Shown here: positions 10,827 through 23,705 of the stretch, piece by piece
How the letters are laid out: every line of letters begins with the position of its first letter
Numbering within the stretch: position 1 is the stretch's first letter
Translations under genes and position numbers: made by a program
Assembly: GCA_026936335.1 (NCBI GenBank)
Contig: JAPMXV010000026.1
Span: forward strand, 186,001 to 250,000
DNA from: Mantamonas sphyraenae STR306
Taxonomy: Eukaryota; Protista; CRuMs
Length of the DNA stretch: 64,000 nt
Direction: 5' to 3'
Notes under the pieces: model-generated
The model's input: the letters and a program-made list of their open reading frames with translations, nothing else
The model's database searches: none
Told to the model about the DNA's origin: nothing

Positions 10827-12643
10827 ATGTTTCGTCGGACGGTGTGCGCACGTGCGAGTGTGGACAAGAAGCGGTTGTTGGCTGAAACGCCAATGGAGAG
10901 TGCGTATGAGCCGGTAGGTTGGAGCCAGGAGGGATTGTTGTGAGTGTGTGCTCCGCAACGTGGGAGACCCCCCCCGCCCAATGGAGTCGCACTGACGAGT
11001 CGCTGACGCACGCGGTGCAGCACAAAGTGGAGCGGGGTTGGTATGGATGGTGGGAGGCACAGGGGATGTTTCAGCCGCGAGAGACGGGAGAGGCGACGCA
11101 GAAGCGGTTCTCGATGGTGTTGCCGCCGCCAAATGTGACGGGCAGCTTGCATCTGGGCCACGCGCTGACGATCAGCATCCAGGACGCGCTGGTGCGCTTC
11201 CACAGGATGCAAGGGGATGCAGTGCTGTGGGTGCCTGGCGTGGACCACGCAGGCATTGCTACGCAGAGTGTGGTGGAGCGGAAACTGTGGCGTGAGCACG
11301 GGCAACGGCGGCAGGAGGTGGGAAGGGAGGCATTTGAAGAGATGGTGTGGCGATGGAAGGAACAGTATGGAGGACGCATTGTGGAGCAGGAACGTGCGCT
11401 GGGGGCGTCGTTGGATTGGAGCAGGGATGTGTTTACGCTGGACCAGACCCGAAGCAAGGCTGTGCGTGAGACGTTTGTGCGCATGCATGAGGCCGGTCTG
11501 TTGTACCGAGCGCAGCGCATTGTCAACTGGTGTCCCATGTTGCAGACAGCCATTTCAGACGTGGAGGTGGACTATGTCGACGTCGACGGCCCAACAAAGT
11601 ACGCGCTGCCCGGCGGACAGGGCCACGCCCCCGTGGGGTCAATGTACACGGTGGCGTATGCTTTGGAAGGTGGAGGGGAGGTGCATGTGAGCACGACACG
11701 GCCCGAGACGATTCCGGGAGACGTGGCGCTGGCGGTGCATCCGGACGACGCACGACTCAAGCATCTGGTGGGCACGCATGCCGTGCACCCGCTGGAGCCG
11801 ACACGCAGGATACCTGTGGTGGCAGACAGTATGGTGGATGCCGAGTTTGGCACAGGAGTGGTGAAGATCACACCTGCGCATGATGTGAACGACTTTGCGG
11901 TGGGGCAGCGACACAATCTGGATGCCCCGTCGGTGATTGACAAGCACGGGCGGCTGCAGGTCCCGCAGTTGAAGCAACTGCACGGAATGGATCGATTTGC
12001 GGCGCGAGGAGCCGTGGTGGATATGTTGGAGGCGTCGGGGCGGCTGGTGGGTGTGGAAGACCACGCGATGCGACTTGCAGTGTGTTCTCGCTCGGGAGAC
12101 GTGATCGAACCCATGTTGCTGAAGCCACAGTGGTACGTGCGCATGGAAACGCTGGCGCAGCAGGCTTTGGGCTTTGTAGACGATGGCAGCATGCGTGTGG
12201 TGCCTGCATCAGGCGAGCAGACGCTGCGACGGTGGCTGGAAAACATCGAAGACTGGTGCGTTTCACGACAGCTTTGGTGGGGTCATCGCATCCCAGCGTA
12301 CCGTTGTGTGAGTGAAAGTGACAAGGACGAGGAGCGATGGGTGGTGGCACACGACGAGGCTGGGGCGCGAGCGCAGCTAGGGCAGGGCAAGTGGCAGGTG
12401 GAACAGGATGAGGATGTTTTGGACACGTGGTTCTCATCTGCACTGTTGCCCATGAGTGCTCTGGGTTGGCCCGAGGATGGAAGCGAAGCGGAACTGGCCA
12501 AATGGTATCCAACGAGTGTGCTGGAGACCGGCTCGGACATTCTCTTCTTTTGGGTGGCACGCATGGCAATGGCGTGTGGAATGCTGAGTGGCCAGGCGCC
12601 GTTTGAGACGGTGCTGTTGCATCCCATGGTGCGTGACAAGCAG

Positions 12644-12674
<31 letters not shown>

Positions 12675-13927
12675 TGATCGACCCCATGAATGTGATTGGC
12701 GGACGGTCGCTGGAGGAGATGGTGGACGACGTGCGTGGAGGCAATCTGGATGCACGGGAGGTGGAGCGTGCTGTGTCGGGTCTGCAGGCAGAGTTTCCAG
12801 ACGGGATTGGAGAGTGCGGCGCAGATGCACTGCGATACACGCTGGCAGAGTACACGGAGCAGGAGGCACGCATCAACATGGACGTGCAGCGCGTGCAAGC
12901 AAACAGACACCTGTGCAACAAGATGTGGAATGCCACACGGTTTGTGATCGGGCATGCAGAGGCGTTGTTGTCGACAGAAACGCCCTTGCTGGAGGAACCG
13001 AGCACGGCGGCAGCCTCGGCGACCGTGCTGGACAAATGGCTGGAGGCACGCATGCAAGAGGCTGTGAAGGAGGCAGAGGAGGGCTTGGGTGAGCATCGTG
13101 TGCATGGGGTGGCGCGTGCGTTTGATCGGTTCTTTCACGCGCAGTTGTGCAGCACGTACCTGGAACTGAACAAGGAGCGACTGTGGCGCAAAGACAACGA
13201 TGCGCGTGAGTGTGTACGTGTGTTGGAACGTGCGGTGGACACCAGCTTGCGCATGTGCCATCCGCTGATGCCGTATGTGACGGAGGAGCTGTGGCACAGG
13301 CTGCACCAGCGTCGCCTGACACACGCCGGTGCAGATCCGCAGGCGTGGGCACAGGCTTCCATTTGCACGCAACCGTACCCACAGGCAACTGTGGACGCAA
13401 GGGTGCCAGAGGTGGACGAGGCGGTCGAGGCGATGCTTGCGCTGTTGGCACGTGCTCGCTCGGTGCGCGATATGTACGGCATCAGCAACGACGTGCGACT
13501 GGCATCGCCCATGTATGTGGACACTGGAGGCGTAGCGATGTTGGATATGCTGCTTGCAGAACACACAGAGGCGTTGAGGCGAATGAGCGGCTTTGGAGGC
13601 GTGACTGTTGTAGAGTCGGTGCACGACGAGGATGCGCCTGGCACAAACGGGGTGTGGGTGTGTGAAGATGTGGTGGGCGGCGTACGTGTGGGTTTGCACC
13701 TGCAGGTGGACAGGAGCAAGGTGGACGTCGACAAAGAGCTCAAGGCGTTGCACAAGAAACAGGCCAAGGTGCAAAAGCAAATCGATGGGATCGAGACACG
13801 CATGGCGAGTGCGCAGTACCAGGAGAGGGTGCCCATGGACGTGCAGGAGAAAGATGCGCAGCGTGTTGAGGAGAAGCGTGTCGAGCTGCGGGTGTTGATG
13901 AACCGAGAGGCAATGTTGCGTGCGTAA
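10827..13927 (+). CDS. valS: Valyl-tRNA synthetase, probably mitochondrial; intron 10914-11020
   Basis: Spliced N-terminus MFRRTVCARASVDKKRLLAETPMESAYEP|HKVERGWYGWWE; PPPNVTGSLHLGH (HIGH), DWCVSRQLWWGHRIP, DVLDTWFSS, KMSKS, C-terminal coiled coil. Arg-rich start suggests a mitochondrial presequence (inference). Confidence 0.95.
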
Positions 13928-15545
13928 AGAGGGTGGGCATGAATGAATGAAGAATGCCTCTCTCGAGGACAGAGGACAGTGGATGGGGATGTCTCGGTGC
14001 GTGTTGCTGTCCCGTTCGACGATGGCGCCAACAAAAACCCCACCACTAACCAACCCCGGCAAATGAAGATGGGATCCAAGAGTGGAATGACGGCAGTGAT
14101 TGTGGCAGCTCTGCTGCTGCAGATGGTGGCTAGCATGCCGCTGCGTGGACAGGAGGTGCAGCGCCAGGCGTGTGTGGTGAACTGGGAGGAGCAGCTTGCT
14201 CACCCTGAACACATCACGGAGCCCCGCCCGCACGAGTACATCAAGCTGGAGGACCTTCCGGATGCGTTTGACTGGCGCAATGTCAACGGCACCAACTTTC
14301 TGTCGCCGACGCGCAACCAGCACATGCCGGTGTACTGCGGCTCGTGCTGGTCGATGGGGTGAGTGGATGAGCGGGAAAGGAGAGGATGGGAGGGAGAGAG
14401 TGGGTGCTGGGGAAGCCGATGGGCAGGGAGAGATGAAGAGAGAGACTGTGTGGGGCGGGGTAAACGACGGGAGGACGGCTGCGGGGAGAGGGAAATCCAC
14501 GCGGGCAAAGAAGGCAGCCGAGCACAAAACGCACGCCGTTGCGCTGGTTCAGGTGCAGAACAAGAGCAGAGAATGGGTGGAGGCACGAAACGGGAAGGAT
14601 GGCGTGCATGCGGGTGCCGATGTGGAGAGGGGATTGGGAGAGAAGGCCAGACCAAGGGAGGGAGAAGAGAGGGAGGTTCGCCAAGACGTTGAGGCAAACG
14701 CGGCGAGGCAGGGGCTCAAGGAGAGCTGAACGGACACCATGGACGAGACAGTGACAGCAACGACAACACACACTGACACCACCGACTGCGACTGCGACGG
14801 ACACGACACCACACAGATCGACGTCGTCGATTGCTGACCGTCTGAACATCATGCAGAAGGGAGCGTGGCCGAACAACTACCTGAGCCCGCAGGAAGTGAT
14901 TGACTGCGGTGGGGCTGGATCATGCGACGGTGGCACGGCCATTGGTGTGTTTGCGTATGCACACGACAAGGGACTGGTGAGCGAGACGTGCAACAACTAC
15001 GTGGGGGTGAACCAGGAGTGCAACGCTGAGCACCGATGCTTCACGTGCTCGCCGAGCAAGTGTGTGGCTGTAACCAACTACACAGTGTACAAGGTGGGTG
15101 ACTACGGCCATGTGCGTGGACCCCACGAGATGAAGGCGGAGATCTTTGCACGCGGACCGATTGCCTGCGGTGTGCACGCCGACGCCAAGCTGGAGGCGTA
15201 CACGGGTGGCATCTTTTCGCAGTTCAACCCTGTGCCGATGATCAACCACATCATCAGCGTGGTGGGCTGGGGCGTGGAGAACGGCGAAGAGTTCTGGGTT
15301 GTGCGCAACTCGTGGGGCACGCCGTGGGGAGAGCGTGGCTTCTTCCGCATCACCACACGTCACTTTTACGACCTTGGCATCGAGACTGGATGCAGCTTTG
15401 GTGTGCCTCTGAAGCCTGAGCGCGTGAGCGAGCAGTAAGAAGAGGGTGAGGGCGTCTGAAAGCAATGCAAAAACAACAACTCTTGTGTTGATTTTCTCCT
15501 GCTCGTCACACGTGCTGTGTGGGTGGATTCCTGCAAACAGGGCAG
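13761..15545 (+). repeat. Left arm of ~1.8 kb inverted duplication (ValRS 3' end + cathepsin Z gene)
   Basis: Reverse complement matches 23587-25385 nearly base for base, with scattered substitutions and small indels. Confidence 0.95.
14063..15438 (+). CDS. CTSZ: Cathepsin Z/X (papain family C1A), copy 1a; intron 14359-14816
   Basis: Signal peptide; PRPHEY...[32 protein letters not shown] (cathepsin X-type insertion before catalytic Cys); [11 protein letters not shown]; [10 protein letters not shown]; WVVRNSWG. Confidence 0.95.
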
Positions 15546-15599
15546 GAGGGTTGTGTGTGTTTGTGTGATGCCTATTCTGGCCGTGTGCGTTGTCAATTC

Positions 15600-16424
15600 T
15601 CACATGCCCCGTCCGCGTCCACGTCCTCCCTGGAACTGCTGGGGCGGAGGCATGAAGCCTCGGCCCCGTCCCTGCATGGGAGGAGGCATCATGGGCATGC
15701 CTCGGCCCTGCATGGGCATCATACCACGTCCTCCCTGCATGGGCATCATGGGCATGCCTCTTCCACGTCCCATCATGGGCGGGGGCATCATCATGTTGGG
15801 AGCGGGCATCCCCACGCCGCGTCCCATGCCCATCAAACCGGGCTGCATCTGTGCTTGCTGCGCCTGCATGGACGCCGTCTGTGCTGTCATGGCACTGCCA
15901 CGTGCGGCGGAACGGCCAATGCCCGCACCCGCCTGCTTGGGTGCCTTGCGAGCCTTGTTTTCCTGTCGAGAGGGTGGCGGGACGGGGAGCGCGCCAGATG
16001 TCAGCATGCGGAATGCGCGCGGAATGCAAGGCTGCCAGGTCACTTACGCTGATGGGAGGCGGGCCATCGACACTCATGGAGATGACACACTCGCCACGGA
16101 GCAGCACCAATCCCAGGGTTCGCTTCTGCTCCTGTGCCTGGACAATGAACTTGGAGATGGACGATTTGTCCAGCACTTCCTGCGGCACCGAGGATGAGGA
16201 GGAGGAGGAGGAGGAAGAAGAGAGGAGGAGGATGAGGACGACGACGATGAGCTGTCTGTCTTTTTGCTCTTCTTGACGCTGCGGAACTCGTCGGCGTCGC
16301 CCAGCACCAGGTTCATGTGCTGGTCGAACGCCAGGAAGGTGCCCACCAGGTAGCGGCCGTCGTTGATGTTGACCTTCATGCGGTAGCCCAGGAAGCGCAT
16401 CATGCGTGACTTGCGTACGCTCAT
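15600..16424 (-). CDS. SNRPB: Small nuclear ribonucleoprotein Sm B; intron 15963-16047; apparent 1-nt indel in poly-Ser tract near 16220
   Basis: MSVRKSRMMRFLGYRMKVNINDGRYLVGTFLAFDQHMNLVLGDADEFR; KRTLGLVLLRGECVISMSVDGPPP; GRG/PPPM-rich tail. Confidence 0.93.
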
Positions 16425-16547
16425 GATGGAAAGTGGGCTTCGAGAATGGTTGGTTGTGGTCTCGCAGCGCAGCATTCCATGGCGTCCACTGCGCCGCCAG
16501 TGCCAACCTCGCTCTTTTTCGGCCAACGCCTGCACCCTTGCCACACC

Positions 16548-19500
16548 ATGCAGGCCGACGACCAAGACATCTTTGTGCGGCGTGCCGACATGGCCGACGC
16601 AGAAGCCATCTTTGAGATGATTGACAACGAGGAAATGATCATCAGCGAGCGGTTTGGAGACCGTTCCGTGCGAGCGCTCATGTGAGTTTTCCCTGCCTCC
16701 CTGCTGCCTGGTACGGCACCAGTGGCATTTCCCGGTGCCTCCCGACCCCTTGCCATGGACACACACGACGCCCTCCTGTGCGACATCTCAGCTGACATCC
16801 GCTCGTTGGTGCGTCACCGTCTGCGCTTTTTGCTGGCCCGTTCCACACAGCGAAACCGCGCTTCTTTCCATCACCGCCGTCGACGAGGAGAACAAGTAGG
16901 TGGATTCAGGAGGGATGCATACCTTGCTGTCTACAGATACCATTGCATCCATGACAAGCCTGCATGCATGTGTTCTGTGTGATGTCCCCTGGACGCGTGC
17001 GAGTAACCGTTGCAAAGAGTGCCGTTGCTGACACAACCCGATGTTGCAAAACCTGCCCCTGTACTCACCCATCCACTACGCACCCACCCACGTGCCACAC
17101 ACGCCATGCACGCCACACACACACCATTGTCACGCGAGCACAGCTGTGTGGGATTTGCGGTGTTCAACGACCATCCGCCGTGGGTGGACAACATCCCGGC
17201 GTCAAAGTGGGAAACCTTTGTGGAGGAGACATTTGAGCTGCAGCTGAACGTGTACCACTCCATGTGGCTGCAATTGTTTGTGGCGGACCACCTTGTGGAG
17301 GCACGTGTGGCACAGGCCATCCTGTCGACTGCATTCAACACGATTCACGAGGCACAGCATTGTTTCATGCTGCTGCCCTCCACCACACCTGCGTTTGCGC
17401 CGCTGTGCTCCTTTGAGGAGAATCCGGACGACCTGTTTACGCCTGTCCACTCACAGAGCAAGAAGCGTCACCGAGGATACAACCTGCTGTGCTGTCCGCG
17501 CGACCGTGCGATTCTGCCCATGCTCGTGCGCGAAGCCCTGGTGGAAGACTACGACGACCTGGTGCCCATCTTTCACCAACAGAGCACGGAGCTGTTTGAT
17601 CGCTACGGAGAGTTTGGTCTTGCGGACATCATCTCCTCCACGGACGAAAGCAAGGCGACACTGGTGGCGGAGGTGGACAACAAGGCCATCGGCATCCTGG
17701 GCCTGTCCACCAATGTGGAGTATCAGGTGCTGGCCAAGTGCTTCGAGTTGGAGCCCTTTGATTACCTGGTGAGCCCAGACGACGGGTTTGGCATGCCCGA
17801 TCCCTCGCTAAGTGGGAACAACGCGCACGACACCAAGCTTGGCGCGGACGAACAGGGAGGCAACGGAAACGGCGGAGGAAAGGATCGCAGTGACGAACAG
17901 CACAGCGGCGTGCTGGGAGCCAAGCAGAATTTGCGGTCGCAGGGAATGCGCAATGCCACCCTGGGCAAACTGCTGGAGGAGGACGGACGCGGAGGACGAG
18001 GGTCGGGTGCGTCCGGGGGTGGATCGTCCACAGGCAGCGCCAGTGTGTCGGGGGGCTCGTCACGCATGCACGGGCGACGACGCAGCAGTGCGCCAAAGGA
18101 GTCGTCGCTGGACGAGTTTTCGTTGGACCGACGCAAGGAGGAGGACGAAGAGGAGGAGGTGGACGTGCGTGGCAAACCAAACGCCTTTGCTGTCACCCTG
18201 TTCTGCATCGACGAAGAGTACGAAACGCGTGCGTTTGAGTTTCTGGAGGCTGCCTTTCAACACTTTCAGGACCGCGAGTACTGCTTGCTGATGGTGCCGC
18301 ACCACGCCTCTGAGTTTCCTCTGCTGTCGCACTTTCAGCAGGTGCGGGCCCACCCGGGATCCAAGTTCCCCTCGGCCCTGTACATCTTCCACAAGTACTC
18401 GCTGATGGTGTTTCACGGCCTCATGGACGTGCGTGCCACACAGCAGCACGACCTCGACGCCATCGTCATGCAGACGCGCTACCTGGAGGACGCCGCCCTG
18501 TTCAAGGCTGAGCTGCACACCGCCATGTCCGGACGAGTGTCTTCCAAGCGGGCCTTTTCCGTGACCTTGGACGACGTCGTGGTCGGCGCGGTGCTGGTGG
18601 ACACCGATGTGGACCACGAAACACTGCGGCGCAACTTCAACCTGGAAACGTACATGAGCTGGGACTTTTATGCGCCGGGCGACCATGTGATGATCGACCA
18701 CATGGTGTTGTCTCCCGTGTTCAATAAGAGTGTCAAGCAGGTGGTGCGTGAGCTGACACGCAAGCTGGAAGCCAGCGCCGTTTACTATCGTGTGCTTCCG
18801 GACACCGTCACCATCCCCACCCTGCACGAGTTTCTGGCCATTACGCCACGCCGCAACATCCAGAAACCCGGGGAAACAGACACCACCTCCACCGAAGGGT
18901 TCCGAGCCGGGTTGCAGAAGCCCGTCATTGAGATCGGCGGCGCGGCCCTGTCCACCTCGGGCAGCCTGGGATCGTTGCAGAGTGCCGACTCGACGGCGTC
19001 GCGCGAGGGCAGTCCGCGTGAAGGCGGAGGCGGGGGCGTGCGATTCCAGGAGGAAGGGGGCGTGCGCAAGAGCACGAGTTCACACAGTTTGTCCGGGTTG
19101 CCCTCGGTGACAGAGGAGGATGAGACGGAGATCGGCAAGAGTGGAGGTGGAAGCCGTGGGAGCACACCCAAGGGTGGCGCACGTGCGGGTGGATTGACGA
19201 TGACGAGCAGCAGCAGCAGCAGCAGCAGCAGCGGCGCTGGACGCTCGGCAAGCGAGGGCGAAGTGCACTATGCGCTGTATGCGTTGTCACGCAAGAATCT
19301 GACGGAGCAAAAGTTTACGGTGAACCATCGGCTGGTGATTGTGGGTGCGTCGGACTGTGCATTGTCGCTGATCGAGTCCCTTGTGTTTGTGCACTATCTT
19401 CACTTCACCAACATCACTCTGATCTCGGATGGAGGCATGCCCACGTTTGAGGAGGAGTTCCTGGCACACAACTACGCATACGTGCGCAAGTACTGGCAGC

Positions 19501-21113
19501 GGCTGGCGCTGCGGTCCAAGGTGCGTGTTATCGACAGCGTCATGGTGGGCATCGACCGCGACAAGGACTGTGTCATTGTCAAGGGCGACTTGCGCATTCC
19601 GTACGACGAGGTGGTGCTGTGTTGCGGCTTGCAGGAGCAGACGCCAAACAAGCTGCTGGGTCCGCCACCGCACGTGGGCGGCATCTATCCGCTCGACAGC
19701 GAGCTGCACATCGATGCGATGAAGTCGTACCTGTTTCGACACAACATCCTGAACGACAATCGGCCCGTGTTTGTGTACGGCGACAGCGTGGAAGTGTACT
19801 GCGTGATCCAGGGCTTGCTGGACAACGGCATCCGCAACATTGTGCAAATTGTGCCGCCTGCGGCCGAGCAGAACGTGAACAACGCACCCAAGCGCTCGTT
19901 GCCTGCAGACGTGAAGGAGATGGTGGACACGGCGATGCGACTGCGTGGGGTACAGGTGCACAGGGACCTGCAGCTGGTGGGCATCGAAGAGGAACACTTT
20001 CAGCTGCTGGCTGCTCTGTTTGAGCCCACCACAGATGAGGCACGCTCACGGTTTGCGTCGCAGACGCAACGTGGCGCAGGCGCAGGTGGCGACAGCACGG
20101 ACATGTTTGGTGGGTCGCGTGGGGAGGGTGGAGAGGAGGTGCGCATGCCCTGCAAGGTGTTGCTCATGTACGACGTGAGCAACGTGGACCCGATGACGTT
20201 CAACGCCGTCAACGAGGCATGCCTGGTCTACGACGGCAGGCTGGTGGTCAACCGAGATTTCAAGACAAACGACCCAAAGATCCTGGCTGCGGGCACACTG
20301 ACCAAGTTTAGCAAACGCACGCGACGCGTACGTTACCTGCAGGACTACAACAGCAAGGAAGTGGGACGCGAGGTGGCCAGTCGCATCCTGCGCAACCTGG
20401 ATCCGCTGCAGGCGGAGGCAGATGTTGCGTCGTCTGCGGAAATGCCGCACTTCGAGGAGCCCAAGAGTGTGGGTGGCTTGCTTCCGGGCGGCCTGCACTT
20501 TGTGCACTCGTACTTGCCGTGGAAAAAGGTGGGCAACGGCACATACACGGGCAGCGACGAGGTGGGCAGCAGTAGCCACAGCAACGCACGCTCGGTGGTC
20601 ACACGAAACAAGAAGGGCGGCCACGAGTACGTCATGATCAGTGTGGACGAGTACAACATCATCGACGAGATTGTGTACGCGGGCACGGAGCGGCCGGAGG
20701 TGGACAACCTGCTGTCGCTGGTGGGTCTGCCCGAACGCTACCTCAACAAGCTGCTGGATCGCTACGACGAGGGACTCATCGATGACCTGGTGCCATTCCT
20801 GCGCCAATCCTGGATCCAGGCAGTGTACCACGATCGCTTCCGCAACTTTCGGGAGCAGCTGCTGGACGAGCTCAACGACGAGGTGGACGTGGCGTCCATC
20901 CAGCAGAGCATCCTGAGCATGGTTGATGCGGGCAAGAGCATCTCCAACGCAAACGTGCAGACGCTGAGCAAAGCGCTGACCCAGAACACAAAGGAGCTCA
21001 TCAAGGCCAAGCTCATCGAGTACCTGGAGCAGAACAGCAACATTCTGGACATGTATTTTGTGCCTCGTGACGACGAGGGTGACGACGGGCAGCTGAACCC
21101 GATGTTTTTGTGA
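16548..21113 (+). CDS. CFAP61: Cilia- and flagella-associated protein 61; introns 16682-16850 and 16896-17143
   Basis: VREALVEDYDDLVPIF, CFELEPFDYL, NAFAVTLFCIDEEYETRA, VNHRLVIVGASDCALS, NEACLVYDGRLVV...FKTNDPKILAAGTLTKFS, AVYHDRF; both introns restore frame. Confidence 0.92.
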
Positions 21114-21148
21114 CGAAACCAACAGCAACAGCAACAAAAACCTCTCCT

Positions 21149-22294
21149 TCAGTTTGCGCTGTCGAAAATGCTCTCTTTGCGCTTCTTCTTGGAGTCGGCC
21201 TTTGCCTTTTTGCCGTCTGCTTTGGCCTTGTCCTTCTTGCGTGTGCGTGCCTGTGCCATTTTTGTCTGCAAGCGCAGCTGGCGTTCCCAGTCGCGTCGGA
21301 CGCGCAGGTACAGCATGAGGGTGCAACGGGCGTCATCGACCGAACTGTGTTCGCCCGATTGGATGTCAATGCCAAAGTGCTCCTTGGTGAGCTTCTTGAG
21401 GCCTCGTTTGCGCCTGCCATCGGCCGTCTTGTAGGGTTTGTACAGGGCGGTGTCGCGCACGAGGTGCTTGGGGTGGGACATCATCAGGGCGGCAAAGTCG
21501 TTGGCAATGTCGTGGCCGACCACGATGCGGTCCTTGAGCAGATCCGCAACTTCTTTCTGGACCTGTTTGAAGGGCTTGGCGCGGTACATGTCTTTGGCAC
21601 GCACGCCACTCCACTTTGTGCGAAAGTCGGTCACCCACTCTTGCGGCTGCACAAACTCGTCGTACACTGTGTTCCCATGGGTGTTGACCACGGAACAGCG
21701 AGCAAGCACGCTCTCCTTGCCCCGGTCGCCCACGCCGACCATCTCGCAGTCCATGCCCAGCACAGCGGTCGCCTCTGTGCTATCACTGTTGCCAAACAGT
21801 GCCTCTCCGGCCTCTTGCTTTTGCCTCTCTGCCGCCTGCGCCCTCTCCTCCTCCACCCGTTGGCGTTTTGCCTGTGCTTGCGCCTCCACGTCGTCCTTCT
21901 CCTCGACGTCCCTTTCGGCGGACTGCGCCTTGCGCTTCTTGCGCCCGGGCGCCTTCCACTTGGGTTTGTTCAGCATGGGTACCCCTTCACTCCCATCATC
22001 CACCTCTTTGCCCCCTTTCCCTCCTCCCCTGTGTGCCTGCTTCACAGCCGTCTGCTTCGCCTTGCGCAGTGACTTTTCCTGGGCCATCAGCTTTGCCCAG
22101 TTGCCAAAGCCCTTCTTGTTGCCACCCTGCTTGCCCTTGGACCGCTTCTTTGTTTTCCCGCCGCCGCTGCTTCCTGATGTGCCTTTGTCCTTGTCCGAGC
22201 TTATCTCATCCGCCTCTGTGCGCTCCTTGTCCTTGGCCACCGCCTTGCGTACGATGGCGTTGAGGAATCCGGCATCCACCTCGCTGCTCGCCAT
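21149..22294 (-). CDS. REXO4: RNA exonuclease 4 (DEDDh)
   Basis: GMDCEMVGVG, LARCSVVN, VTDFRTKWSG, IVVGHDIANDF, RDTALY, IQSGEHSSVDDAR; basic N- and C-termini. Confidence 0.93.
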   Translation of the reverse strand: MASSEVDAGFLNAIVRKAVAKDKERTEADEISSDKDKGTSGSSGGGKTKKRSKGKQGGNKKGFGNWAKLMAQEKSLRKAKQTAVKQAHRGGGKGGKEVDDGSEGVPMLNKPKWKAPGRKKRKAQSAERDVEEKDDVEAQAQAKRQRVEEERAQAAERQKQEAGEALFGNSDSTEATAVLGMDCEMVGVGDRGKESVLARCSVVNTHGNTVYDEFVQPQEWVTDFRTKWSGVRAKDMYRAKPFKQVQKEVADLLKDRIVVGHDIANDFAALMMSHPKHLVRDTALYKPYKTADGRRKRGLKKLTKEHFGIDIQSGEHSSVDDARCTLMLYLRVRRDWERQLRLQTKMAQARTRKKDKAKADGKKAKADSKKKRKESIFDSAN

Positions 22295-22540
22295 TGCTTG
22301 CTGATGCTGGTTGCACCGGCGCTTGCGAATTGCGCCTCAGTTCCATGTCATGATGGGCAACGTGTGTGCACATGGCGGCATAGGTGGAGACCTGTGTGAG
22401 GTTTGGCGTGGGCGTTTGCCGGGGGGGAAATGCATCAGCATCAGCAGCGGCGACGTCTCGCAACGGGGCCACGTCGAGCGCAAAGAGGACAAGTGAGAAG
22501 CAAGGAACGAGGATGGGGATTGGGTGTGGATGGGGGTTGT

Positions 22541-23513
22541 TTACTCGGTGTTGAGGGGAACGCCAAAGGAGCAGGCTGTGTCGACGCCAATGTTGTAGCC
22601 GGGCTTGGTGGTGATGTACACGAAACCCTCGGCACCCCAGGGCTGGCCCCAGGAGTTGCGGACAATCCAGACCTCCTGGCCGTCCATGACGGTCCAGCCG
22701 ACCACGCTGATCTCGTGGTTGATCTGCGGGTTGCTCATCTGCTGGGAAAACACGCCGCCGGTGTAGGCCTCGAGCTGGGCGTCGGCATGGACACCGCAGG
22801 AGATGGGACCACGAGCAAAGATCTCGGCCTTCATCTTGTCGGCACCGGCAATGCTGCCATAGTCGCCCACCTTGTACACTGTGTACTTCTCCAGCGGGTA
22901 GCAGTTGCTCGGGGAGCAGGTGAAGCAGCGCGTCATGTTGGTGCACTTCTCATCCTTGCCCAGGTAGTTGTTGCAGGTCTCGTCCACAAGGCCCGTCTCG
23001 TGGGCGTACTTGTACACGCCAAGCGGGTCGCCGCCCTCGCAGGAACCGGCGCCTCCGCAGGCAATCACCTCCTGCGGGCTCAGGTATGCGCTGGGCCACT
23101 TGCCGCCGCGCTTGATGTTGATACGGTCAGCCAGAGCCGAGGTCGTGCTGTGTGTGGGGTGCACGCAGGTTGTGGGTGTCAGCGGCAGGCGTGCGAGGCG
23201 GGACGAGGCAAGAGAGGGGAAAACGGCAGGCTTTTTGCCCGGCGCGCGTGGATTCGTACCCCATAGCCCAGCAAGAGCCGCAGTACACCTCCTGGTGCTG
23301 GTTGCGGATGACCGACAGGTAGTTGGTGCCGTTGACGTCACGCCAGTCCCATGTGGTGGGCAGGTCCTCCACCTTGAGGTACTCGTGGGGCATCGGTTCG
23401 GTGATGTGGTCCTCGATGCCAAAGCTGATCACGCTGGAGCCACGCTGCCACTCCTGGGCGCTCACAATGGCTGCAAGAACAAGCAGAGCGGTGATGGCGA
23501 TGGATGTGCGCAT
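22541..23513 (-). CDS. CTSZ: Cathepsin Z/X paralog 2 (diverged); intron 23148-23259
   Basis: Signal peptide; [31 protein letters not shown]|[11 protein letters not shown]; NHEISVVGW; WIVRNSWG; intron at the same codon as in copy 1. Confidence 0.93.
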
Positions 23514-23705
23514 CTGGTGAGTGTGTTTGTTTGGTTGGGAGCGTTGGCGAGCGTTTGCTCTCTCTCTGGGTCAACGTGTTGGGTGTCTGCCCTGTTTGCA
23601 GAGAGTGGTGCAGGAATCCACCCACACAGCACGTGTGACGAGCAGGAGAAAATCAACACAAGAGTTGTTGTTTTTGCATTGCTTTCAGACACCCTCACCC
23701 TCTTC

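Noticed and set aside
3071-14527. Long antisense ORFs (3071-4867, upstream part of 10019-11488, 12434-14527; likewise 44058-46244)
   Set aside because: Shadow frames of GC-rich coding sequence opposite recognisable genes, with no motifs of their own.
16979-17035. Possible intronic C/D snoRNA in CFAP61 intron 2 (gtgatgt...ctga, partial complementarity to a 5.8S-like sequence)
   Set aside because: Imperfect C box and two central mismatches in the putative guide; the segment is also a local near-tandem repeat, and CTGAC doubles as a branch-point motif.
23595-23613. Transposon footprint (12-bp indel flanked by ctgca direct repeats relative to the left arm)
   Set aside because: Equally explained by a microhomology-mediated deletion; too short to support an element.
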